From a virus (taxonomy: Duplodnaviria > Caudoviricetes): a DNA stretch of 60,037 bases. The notes under the pieces are model-generated. The model saw only the letters and a program-made list of their open reading frames with translations. It searched no databases and was not told the DNA's origin. A program made the position numbers and the translations under genes. The DNA lies in IMG/VR virus record IMGVR_UViG_3300030085_002970, positions 1-60,037 of that record. The stretch is one strand, 5' to 3'. Of the stretch, positions 19,270 through 30,900 are shown in pieces; the first letter of the stretch is position 1, and each line of letters begins with the position of its first letter.

Positions 19270-19950
19270 TTACCCTACTTGATTAATTATTGTATCTGGA
19301 GCTAAAGCAGCAGCACCCATACTAGCTACACCACCTATTAAAGCTCCACCAAGAGCGCCATACATACCCATACGAGCACCTTGCATCGATGATATATTAG
19401 CAAGTCCAGACATTTGGTTTGCTAAAGCAGCTTGCTGACCAGCGGTAGCCCCAGCTAGTAAATTATACTCAGCTGCTAGCAAAGTACTTTCTCTACCAAA
19501 TTCAGCTTGTTGAACAGCAGCTTCACCTTGAGCTACTAATTGTTGTCTTCTTTGCTCTCCTTGAGCTGCTAACATCCTAGCTTGATCTAATCTTTTAGCG
19601 TAATCAACTGTAGCTTGTCTATCTCTTAATCTACCCTGCTGTGAAAGCGATGTAGCTAAACCAGCAATACCAGAACCACCAGCAGCTCCACTTAATTGAC
19701 TAAGTATACTAGCATCTCTTTGTGCTCCTATTTCTTGCTGTAATCTAACATCTGCATCAGAAACTTGTAAATCTTCAAAAGTATTTTCAACATCTGCAAA
19801 AGGATTTTCAAACTGAAAGTCTGTAAAAGCTTGCCTTTGCGCAGCAACATTTGCTTCTGCAGCAGCTAATCTACCTCTTTGTTCTGCTAGTTGAGAATCT
19901 GTAGCTTGCTGTATTTGATTTTCTATATCTCTTTGTCTATTTTTTCCCAT
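19270..19950 (-). CDS. Putative ejection/pilot protein
   Basis: Gln/Ala-rich coiled coil, GAAGGSGIAGLA and a Gly/Ala hydrophobic C-terminus. Confidence 0.6.
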   Translation of the reverse strand: MGKNRQRDIENQIQQATDSQLAEQRGRLAAAEANVAAQRQAFTDFQFENPFADVENTFEDLQVSDADVRLQQEIGAQRDASILSQLSGAAGGSGIAGLATSLSQQGRLRDRQATVDYAKRLDQARMLAAQGEQRRQQLVAQGEAAVQQAEFGRESTLLAAEYNLLAGATAGQQAALANQMSGLANISSMQGARMGMYGALGGALIGGVASMGAAALAPDTIINQVG

Positions 19951-19951
19951 T

Positions 19952-20368
19952 TTATAAAAATTTAAAAGCTTCGTACTCTGTCTTATGCATATCCCACTTT
20001 AGTTTTTTGTGTATTTTTTGCATAAATCTATTGCCACATACTGTAAAAAGCTGTACTACGCCATAAGACTTTGCTTTGTCTTCTATACACTTTATTAACA
20101 ACTCTAAAACTTGTTGTCTGTCTTTTTCTCTATATTCTGGATTAGATACAACCCAAGTCGGTCCGTAAGCTACTAAAGGATTTATGAAAGGATATAAAAA
20201 TCCAGCAGCTACAGGTATGTCGTTGCTTTCTATTACAAAACATGTACCATCATCTGGTAATAAGTTTCTTTTAACAGGTATTGATCCGTTCCACCACCAC
20301 TTCCACCACTCACAACACATTTCATAATCACCTTCTTTAAAGCTTCTAAAGGTTATTTTATTATTCAT
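19952..20368 (-). CDS. GNAT-family acetyltransferase-like protein
   Basis: PVAAGFLY..WVVSNPEYRE pattern; position before the internal proteins is typical of podoviruses. Confidence 0.6.
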   Translation of the reverse strand: MNNKITFRSFKEGDYEMCCEWWKWWWNGSIPVKRNLLPDDGTCFVIESNDIPVAAGFLYPFINPLVAYGPTWVVSNPEYREKDRQQVLELLIKCIEDKAKSYGVVQLFTVCGNRFMQKIHKKLKWDMHKTEYEAFKFL

Positions 20369-20417
20369 TATTTAATTAAATTTAATTCCATGTTGGTATA
20401 GTCACAGTTTTTGGCCT

Positions 20418-20786
20418 CTATTTACTGCTTTCAATAACTTGAGCACCTATTTCAAATAAGCTAGGCCTAAACCTTTCATCTAATCCACTTATTGGAGAAT
20501 TGTTTATAAATCTTGCTGTAACATAAGTACCTTTAACACCAGCGCTTTCTGCAGTTTGATTTTTAACTACAAAAAGAAAATCATTAACACCTGGAGCAGT
20601 TGTTCCGTTTGTTTCAATTTGGTTAGCTGTTAAAGCACCTGCTGGTCCTATAGCTGTAACGTAACCACAAAAATTTCCATTAAGAGTATCTGTATATCCA
20701 TTTACTACAGGATGGCTTACTATACCATCCCCTATTGATAATAAAGTGTTATCGAAATTATTTGCTAATGTTATTATTATTGCCAT
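20418..20786 (-). CDS. Tail-associated hypothetical protein
   Basis: FLFVVKNQTAESAGVKGTY..ESSK; within the tail cluster. Confidence 0.55.
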   Translation of the reverse strand: MAIIITLANNFDNTLLSIGDGIVSHPVVNGYTDTLNGNFCGYVTAIGPAGALTANQIETNGTTAPGVNDFLFVVKNQTAESAGVKGTYVTARFINNSPISGLDERFRPSLFEIGAQVIESSK

Positions 20787-20787
20787 T

Positions 20788-21990
20788 TTAAGATGCTGTT
20801 CCTACTGTTATAAAATTATCTAATTGCAAAGAAACTGTAGCGTCAAACGCAGGTTGTCCAACGGTTAATATAGTTCCTCTAATATTAATGTTTTGTGAAG
20901 ATCCTTTAAAAGTTAAAACTGTACCAGCCGTTAAAGACTGCGCTACATCACACGTGAATAATCCTTCTGTTTCACTAGCTGTTACAACATTTATATTATT
21001 AGTGCTAGTATTATCGACGCCAGCGCCAGTAAAAGTAACATGACTACCTCCACTTAAACCGTATGTTCCATTAATAGCTACTTTAGCGTTTGATCCATCA
21101 GTAGCTTCATCTGCAACACTACCATCAGCTCTAACTAATCTAGTTATAGTATTACCAACAGCCTCTGTGTTAGTATATTGAAATCTAGTTAAGCCAGTAG
21201 CTTCACAAATTGCTCTACCACCTATTGCTTTAAATTTCATTGTTTCTCCATTTTCAAAAGCAACATTATTATTAAACTCTAGCGTGTTATCTCTTATAGC
21301 TGTAACAACAGTGCCAGCCGTAGGTGCTGTTGTGCCTTTGTGAAAAACTAAAGTCATACCAACACCTATACCAGTCGCGTCTGCTACTACAACCCTATTA
21401 GAGCTAACAGCATCGCCTAAAGGATTTTCAAGTACATTTTCTGTAGTTTCAAAAATAAAATCACTGTCTACAGGTTGTCTAATTAATCTTAAACCAAATC
21501 CATTAGTGTCAGTTTCTACGTTTTCAACAGTTATATTTAAATCTGTATCAACAGTTTTCATAGAACCTGGATTATCAACGACTGTTAATGCACTTGGTAA
21601 AGTTTTATAACTTGATGTTTCAGCTGTAGCAGAAGAAATACTAAGCGTAGTATTAGCTACCTGTGATACAGTTTCAATTATTGATTTTCTATTTCTTGAT
21701 ATTGTAGTTAAACTTGATGGATCAGGAATTAACAAAAAATTATAGTTATTAGTACCTGAAGGAAAAGTTATGCTACTAACATATTTAACAGAGTTTAAAG
21801 TAACTTTTAAATTATTATTTACCCCAAAACTAGAAGTAAAAGTTTTTGTTTTAAAGTCATAAAAAGTACTATTACTTGAAGCTACTTGTAAAAAAAACTC
21901 AGAATTAACACCACCTTCTACAGAAAACTGTCTAACTTCTCCTGCAGTAGATAATTTTGATTTGTTTATTGTTAAGTTATATATTTGCAT
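20788..21990 (-). CDS. Beta-rich putative tail/fibre protein
   Basis: 400 aa, Thr/Ser/Gly/Val-rich. Confidence 0.55.
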   Translation of the reverse strand: MQIYNLTINKSKLSTAGEVRQFSVEGGVNSEFFLQVASSNSTFYDFKTKTFTSSFGVNNNLKVTLNSVKYVSSITFPSGTNNYNFLLIPDPSSLTTISRNRKSIIETVSQVANTTLSISSATAETSSYKTLPSALTVVDNPGSMKTVDTDLNITVENVETDTNGFGLRLIRQPVDSDFIFETTENVLENPLGDAVSSNRVVVADATGIGVGMTLVFHKGTTAPTAGTVVTAIRDNTLEFNNNVAFENGETMKFKAIGGRAICEATGLTRFQYTNTEAVGNTITRLVRADGSVADEATDGSNAKVAINGTYGLSGGSHVTFTGAGVDNTSTNNINVVTASETEGLFTCDVAQSLTAGTVLTFKGSSQNINIRGTILTVGQPAFDATVSLQLDNFITVGTAS

Positions 21991-21999
21991 TTTTTTATT

Positions 22000-24900
22000 T
22001 TAGTAGCCGCCACCGCCGCCAGTTCCTCCGCTAGTTGGCGGTGGAGTAGGACTTGGTGTAGGCGTTTGTACGTTTTGATTAACATTAAAATTATTTGGTT
22101 GTACCAAGTTTACAACTTGAGGTTGAACTTGAGGTTGGTTTGGTAATGGTAAAGAAGCAGCTGCTGGCGCAACATTAGGCTGTGGAGCGTTTGTGTCAAC
22201 AGCCTCTTCAACAACTCCTAGTCCAAAGCTACTATTTTCTCCAGCAGAATAATCCTCGTATAGATAAGGAACTGCATATACATCTTGACCTCTTATTTCA
22301 GAAAGCCACAAAGACTCTTTTTTAATAAAATTTAAAACGTTACCTTGCTCTAAATCTGAAGATATATTAGCAACTGCCCAACCTTCTCTTTCAGTTTCTA
22401 AAAAGTAATCATCATTACTTAAAAAGTTTTCTGGATTTAAACCAATCAAATTGTCACTAGAAAAATCATTTTTAGCTTGACTTCCTTGGTAATTTATAGA
22501 CATAAACTCTTTGGTTACAGATGGCATGTCATTAAACACGACGTCTACAAAAGAATTATAAGCTTGACCATAAAAATTATTAATATCACTTAATATATCA
22601 TGGTGCTCGTAAAGCTTACCTTCTTTTATAGTGTAGTAGTTACTACCTAAACTTAAACCAGATTCTGGAATAAAGCTTTTAAAACTAACCCAACCTTTTG
22701 TTTTTTCTTTATAACTAACAGTTACTCCTTCTGCGTTTTGAGTAGGAAGTTGATAAAAAGTTATATTATCAAGAGTTCCACTAATTAAAGCACCATCTCC
22801 AATTCCAGCATTTTGATAAGGTGTTAAAATAGGACTAGCAAAATTATAACCTGCTATTCCATATAGATTAATAACTATAGTATTTTGAAGTGCAGGCGCT
22901 AAATACAAACTGTTACCTGCGCTACCCGTAGGGCTAGGATTACCTATTCCAAATATATTACCATAGTTCACGTTAGGAGTAATCGACTGACTACTTGGAT
23001 AAATATCAAAGTTTAATGTTCCATTAGATATTGTATAAGTCGGCGTCGGATATACTGTAAAGCCATCACCATTTTGATTATAGTAATACACTTCCATCAT
23101 AAACTGTTCAACACCTGTTGCGGCTGGAGTATTTCCATCATCAAACTGTACACCAGTAAGATTTATATCCATACTAAATCTATAATAAATATTTCCTGTA
23201 GGATTTGTAAATTCTTGAATGTCACCTATATATTGAGTTATCTGAAAAGGATGTCCATTAGGATTTAACGAAGAAACTTGTCCCGCTGGAGCTTCATTAA
23301 ATACTATAGCTTCTTGACCAGAGTCCCAATAAATGTAGTCTTGACCTTGAGAATAATCAAAAAGTCCATTTACTAAACTCCAAGCGCCAGCTGTACCACC
23401 ACCAAAACCTATAGTGTTGTCTTGAAGTATTATATTTTTAATAATACATTTTAAATCACTATTTAAACACTTAAATCTAATCATGTTTGTTATTGAAGCA
23501 TCAGATTCTCTTCCAGCGCCATGCAAGCTATCAAAAACATTTACACCTGGTAAAGCGGTTCCATTAAAAGTACCTGAAGGCGTAGAGTCATCAAAGTTAA
23601 AGCTTATAGAGTATGTACCTGAAGCGTCTACAAAATCACTAAATACAATACCAGCATGTTCTCCAGCAGCATAATCACCTAAATTATTAGCTATAGTAAG
23701 CTCAAGCTTAGTACCTATTGAAGTTGAAAGCACGCTACTACTAGGATTAATGTCACCAATAGGCAAAGGTAAAGCTTCAACATCAAAAGTTAATGTATAT
23801 CCATCCATACTAGGATTTTGAGGAGCTATATTAGAATTATTAGCACTATTAAACTCTTGTTTCCATTCAGGCCTAAATTGAGTTTGAGGACCAAATCCTG
23901 GATATATATTTATATTATCAACATTAAAACACAAAGCGTTATCTTTGTAAAAAGCAGGATAAGGATGATAATCATTACTTACTTCTGTTAACCAGTTTAC
24001 ATGTAAAGGATTGAGTGTTTGATCATAATTACTTGGATTTGTATACCAATTATCTGCGTTACCACCACCATTGAAGTAGTTAGCGTTACTAATATTGTTT
24101 ATTTTAATATCAGTTACATTAATTTCGAAAGGATTAGTACCTGAACTTGAAAAAACGGCTAACTTAAGTTGATTTGCAAAACTAATCCCGTTATTATCAG
24201 GAACACCCATAACACAAGAGTTTGCGCCAACTTGAAATATAGCGCGATAATGAGTGGGATTCGCCCAACCAGTAGCGCTATACAAAGTATCTTCTGGAGT
24301 AGGAGATGCAATAGCTGTAATACTTCCTTGCGGGAGTGCAGGAGAAGAAGATGGTGCCCATAAATCACCATAATAAAAAGGTGGAATATATCCTCCAGAA
24401 CCATTGCCAACATTTGAAGCAAGATCTTGACCTGATGTAAAAACGCCACCAAACTGTCTTGTAACAGTAGCGGCACCCGCAAAAGTATTTATAAAACTAC
24501 CTGCACTATGATCAATAACGCCACAAACCACTATACCTTCTTGTACCCCTGATACAGCACTTAAGTCTTGATACAAGTGAGAGTTGTCTACTTCTATAAC
24601 AACCTCGTACCAGTCGCCTGCTACCCAGTTAAACGAGTTAACTTGATCAATATACTTTGTTCCAGTTACAAGGTTATCCATTTTAAAATTACAACCCGTA
24701 AGATTAGATATACCATTAGAATCAATAGGATAGTTTGCCGGATGTAATGCTCCACCAAATGGATTTTGAATTGTTAAGTTATAGTTACCAGGCGTTACAG
24801 GATATTGATTGTATGCGGTAGTACCGTTTCCTTCTCCAACATATAGATATACGTTTGTTCCATTTGGATCTTGTCCAACTATCCACTCTCCTTCATTAAA

Positions 24901-27900
24901 ATTACCATAAATTTGGTTATGTGGATAATAAGGATTTATACTAGTATCTTGTTGCACAAAAGTATTTCCAAAGTTACTATTTGGTACAGTATTAAAGTTT
25001 TGTGAAAAATCAAAATTCCAGCCAAGTACTCCGTTAGGTATAACTTCAGCCCACGCAGGTATGTCATTTAAAGGATATGGATCAATCTGTGGTAGCGCTG
25101 GAGTTTGTTCCATATAAGGATGCGCAAGAGTCTTTAACTTCTTTATTATAATTTTTTCTAATATAATATTATCTGGAGAGTTAGTATATTGAGCATTTAT
25201 GTAGCTATTACTACCACTAGCTTCACAACCTATTCTAACTCTAAAACTTTGCGCTATCATTGTTTCTTGAATAGTTTCAGCAAAGTTAAAATATATAGTA
25301 TGTGTTTGTTGTAATGTGTTCCAATTATTTAAATCGTGACCACTAACACGACCAAAAGTGTAGCTATTGCTTGTAACAAATCCTGCGTGATGATTAGGTC
25401 CGTTAGGAGGCCCTATTGTAGCATCGTAAGATTGACTAGCCCAATATAACAATGCGTTACCATTTTGCGCGTCTATTAACGTGTCATAGTCGCCATTTAA
25501 AAAGTTCGTACCTGATGTTGGCATTACAGGATTTGTTGATATTACATCATCATTTTCATCAACAAGCTCAATAAACCAAGTAGCACCACCATCACTTTCA
25601 GTATAACCTGGGCGAACATGAAAAGAAGTTCTAAACTCTATCTTTATAACATCACCAGCCCATAGAGTGCTGTTAAATGCCGTTGTAGGATTACCAAATC
25701 CTAAACCTGCTGATGGCTCGTAAACGTTAGTTGTATTGTTTTGTGGATTTCCAGGTCCCCAAGTGTTAACCGCTGGTTGCACGTTGCTATCAATATCTCT
25801 TAGATTACCTGGTGTAGCGTTTGGACTAGTAAGATTTTGATTTGCAAAGTTAAAAGTTATTCTACCTTTGTCAGGAGCACCATCATCTGATTCCCCTCTA
25901 AGACCTTGAAATATTATACCCGGCTTGTTATCAGTTTGACTTCCAACGTTAAGACCCGTCATAGCAGCTGGAACATTACCAAAGTCTTGAGCTATAACAG
26001 GTAGATCACCTATATGATTAATACTAAAGAAACTAAAGTATGGAGCAAAACCAAATGTATGATATGAATGTGTATATTCTACTCCTCTATATGAACCACC
26101 TGTAGTAGTGTTAGTTGCGGAATAAGTTCCATAATAGCTATCGCCTGGCCAAGCGCTCAAAACACCAGCATTAATAGGCCAAGGTATAAAATCACCATTA
26201 GCAGCGTTAATAACATCTCCTACTAGTGCTGTACCAGAGCCGTTATCAATACCAGCATAATCCATTCCATCATTACATCCAAAAGCTATTTCTCTAGTAG
26301 CTGTAGCTATAGTATTTCCATCTCCTATACCCGTAACAAAAAGTGAAGCTTGATCACCACCAACTGTACCAGTAACATAGCCAGGTTCTGGCTCAGAGTT
26401 AAGGTTATAAGCGGAAAAATCAGCAGAATAAACATCAAACAATCCTTCAGTATACACAGCTGGTGTTAGCGGTTGCGCTGGTTGAGCTACTTGCCCAGGA
26501 TTTATATATCCTTGATCTATAGAAGGCCAGTTTCTTATTATTACTTGAGATTCAAAGTTAGATACACTTTCTGCTAATCCTCCATTAACGTCATAATAAA
26601 AGTATGACCCATTATAAACTCCACCATCTTCTTGTATAGGATCTGGAACTGAAGTCGTATATAAATCAACACCGTAGTCAAGGTAAGAATTAAATAAAAA
26701 GTTAAAACTACCAGAGTAAGGGCTATCATATTCCCAAGTAACATTATACTCTTCTTCATTATTATCGTATGTTCCTAATATAAAATTAGCTTGATTTAAA
26801 ATACCTTTAAAATAAGTAGACATACCAGCGTCTGATATTGGAGTAAGTCCGTCCATAGAAAGTCTAAGCACAGCTCCTCTTTGTTTATCAACAAAATAAG
26901 ATCTAAACGAATCATAAGCAAAAGAACTAGCATCTTGACAACCATAGTCACCAACAAAAGGTATAGCTTGACCTAATACGTTTTCTGAAGCTACTAACTG
27001 TGGATTACCATCGGCGTTAAATACCGCATCTTTGTTAGCTAATATTTTTAATATTTTATCTTCACATAGCGTAACTAAATCAGCTTTTCTAGAAAAAAGC
27101 TTTGTAATACTTCCGTATGTAGGGTTTACATCTTTAGTTATTTTTTCTGCAGCAATAAATTGATTTAAATTATTAATACCAGAATTAGAATTATATATAC
27201 CAGAATATATCAAGCCATGCTTTCTTTCTTCTTCTTCGTAAGGAGTTTCTAACGTAGCTGAAGCTTTTGGCCCATTAGTTATTTTCATTTCGTTAAAGCC
27301 ATCTCTAATTCTACTAGTTTCAACACCATCACCAAAAGTAAAAGCATTAGTATGATCTAAAGATTGATCTAAATTATGGTGACCTGATTTTTCTAATTGA
27401 AATATAACCCTATATCCTTGACCATTATTTAAATTAGTACTCGCGCCACTCCAATAAAGAATGTCTGCTGGACTTCCATGAAAATAATCTTCCGCTGCTT
27501 TTACAATAGCAGAAGTATAAGTACCATCATCTCTATAAAACCTTATTTCTTCTCCAACGTAATCTATTAGGTTGCCTGTATTATCAAACCAATTAAAACC
27601 TTCATCTGGATGTACGTCAATACCATTTGAATTTGTAATTAAATTACCACTTCTTACTTGAATAAGATGTGAAGGAGAAGAAGAATATAATATTTGATTA
27701 ACATGAACATCAAAGTTTTGAATATTACTATAAACCATATTAGGAAACTCTACCCTAGAGCCAATAGGCGCAAAACGCTCTATGTTTTCCATAGTTAGTT
27801 CTAAAGGTATTTCTTCAGAAGCTTCGTGATATATATTAAGTTCTGTTTGTTCTCTAGGCTCTGTTTCCCATATTGCTGGGTTTTTAACTATTTCACCAGT

Positions 27901-30900
27901 AACAATTTGAGAATTAGCTGACACTACTTCTATATTCATAAAGTCGTTAATATCAAAGCCAGCACTTCCAAATGCACCGTGGTTACCAGTACTAGTTATA
28001 TCTTTATCTAGTTCTATTATATAACAAGTTCTTCTATTACTTGCTCTACCAAACTCTACTATTTTATCACAAAGAGTATCAAACTCCGCGTTGTTAGTTG
28101 GAGCGTATCCAAACTCCATAGGCCATATAAAAGGAGTTCTACCATAATTTTCAAAAGGAAAAGCCCAGCCAATAGTTGAAGTTAAGCCACCAAAATTATT
28201 CGCAAACAAAGGATTCCATTGCCCACCTTTAGTACCAGTAGCACCAGTTGGGAAAGGAAGAAAAGCATAAGTAGTATTAACGCCTGTGATAAGATCAGCA
28301 TCGCCGTGAGTATTAGCCCAATTTAAAGCTGCTTCTTCTACGCTAATATTATCAGATGCCCAACCAGTTTGAATGTCAGTAGGAACTATTCTTTTTCTCC
28401 AAGGAGTATGATTGTATATGTGTTTTTCACTAATACTAAGTATTTGGTATTCTTCAGTATCTCCTTGGAATCTAAACTTACCACCTATATTGTTTATTAT
28501 ATTATCTATAAAAACTTGTGCCTTTGCATTAGCTGTAGCGCTCGTTGTTTTAGTTGGATCCCATTGATTTATATGTCTATTAGCAAAAGCACTATCGTAT
28601 CCTTGACCAGAAGGCGCTACGCTAGGCTCTTCCCACCAACCCATCATTTCAACATTTCCAGGAACAGGACCTCTACTACCTTGATCCGCCCAGTTACCTT
28701 CAAAACATATTATACCGTCATTACTATCACCAAAAACATCTCCAGAATCTATTTGTCCATTAGTTCCAGCGTTTGTAAACCATCCGCCTCCATGTATTCC
28801 TTGCATCCTAGAAGGAAAACTATCCGTCTTTCCTCTAAAATACATTATACTTGGAGCAGTGTTATTTCCGTAAGTTCCATTTAAACCCGCGCCGTCATGA
28901 AGATCTTCACCTGGAGCTAAAAATGAAACATGTATAAAATGTTTACCAGTACTACCAACAGGTCCGTATGTTGTATCTAAATTATTATTATAAAGACTAT
29001 TATCTTTCCATCTTCTAGCTCCATCACCTGAAATGTTAACTTGAGGATCTGCAGTATGAACCAAGGTGGTTGTTATAGCTCCTTCTAAAGAGTTTATATT
29101 ACTACTCGCGTAAGGCGTAGGAACACCAAAGCTACCAGTTGGAAAATTACCGTAATTAACAGTTCCAACGTTATCTACAGTAAGCCTTATTTCTCCAGTA
29201 TAACCACCGTATTGACCAGAAACACTTTGCGACCCTACACCAAAAACGTTTAAACCTTGATCTTCATAAGCTGGACCCCAGTCTAGTTCCATAAACGAAT
29301 TAGGATTATCCCAAGATACATAACCTATTGGCGCCCATATTTGCTTTGAATAACTAGAAGAGTTCCAAGCGCCAGCCCAACCTTGTCCAGATTCTTTAGC
29401 AAAAGATTGACTACTAGGATTACTAGCAACCATACCCATTTGGTCAAGAAAGAAAAATCCTTCATTATTGTTAGCAGCTAGTATAGCTTCCCAATCAGAT
29501 AAAGTTTGAGTTATATTCTCACCTGAATGATTTGCTATATCTGAAGGTACTATACCAGCTGTTGTTGTATTGCCGGTTACAGAGCTAGAATTACTGTTAG
29601 AGTTTATTTGTCCAGAAAGACCTGTAACTTGACCTTGGTGAAAATAATTATTAGAAACCACATCCATGAATCTAAAACATTCAAATGATCCAGTAACATA
29701 AGAAGAAGCAGCTGTAGCTTGTTGATCTTCAAATATGTTTTGTCTTATAATATTATCTCCGTGAATCTTAACAAAAAACTTACCAGAAAAGTTTTCTGCA
29801 TCTCTTCTTTCTTTTCTTTGTATTTGAAATATAAGATCTTGATGTAAAGTAGCGTGAGCAGCACCAGGTGTATAAGCTGTACCAGCTGGTAGGCATAACT
29901 CAGCATCTGTCTGACTAATAGCTTCAGAAAGTTTTAATTGATAATGATTAGTATCTTCAACCAATTTGATACTGTTTATTCTATATCTAGTTGAAGATTG
30001 ACCGTTAACAGACCAAGTAACATATAAATCTTTAAACTCTTCTGTAGGATTACTACCTTCTTCAAAAGCACTAGCAACAGTTAACGGAGCGTTATTATAA
30101 TTACCTGTTGTTGGACCACCGGTGAGTGGATCATCTGTACCAGTCCATCTTTCTGCAGAAATAACAATTAAATCGTTTCCATCTGCTCTATCCATACGTC
30201 GTGAAGCGTTAGGAAATAGTAGCTCAAGACCACCGTTAAAAGTAGCTGTATCATCAGTAAAAATATCACCAGCATTTATAGCTGTACCTAAATTTTTATA
30301 ATGATAAGATATAGAGTCTGGTACTTCGTTTTTAATATCAACAACTTTGTATTTATTTTCAAAAGGTACTTGACTAGCAGAAGCAGTTCCTAATATTTTT
30401 TTAAGTATTATATAATCATCTACACTTATTTTACTTCTGTCTGTTGATGGAAAAGAAATCCATATATGATCATCTTCATTTTCAAAATCTATATGAGTAG
30501 GTGGACTATAAGCTTTGTCCATTACTAAGTTATAATATTCTCCAGAAGTTTGCTTTATGAAGAATTTATAATAATCAGCCCAGACAGGAGCTTGACTAGT
30601 TATTCTTGATTGTATGATTAAACTTTCACTAGCATTTAATCCTGAGCCAAATGGACTTGTCCAAGGTATATATAAACTAGCTTGAGAAGAAGTAAATACT
30701 GGAGTTTCTCTACCGTATTTATCCCCAAAAACAACACCTACTTGATAATCTCTTTGAGACTTTAAAGATCGAAGACCTCCATGACTAAATGTTTCTGTAG
30801 GGTTATTATTTCTTAAACTATAAGTAGAACTAACTGTAGGATTAAATTCAGTATTACTTACATCTACAATATCATAATTCTGCGTATAATTAGCATAAAC

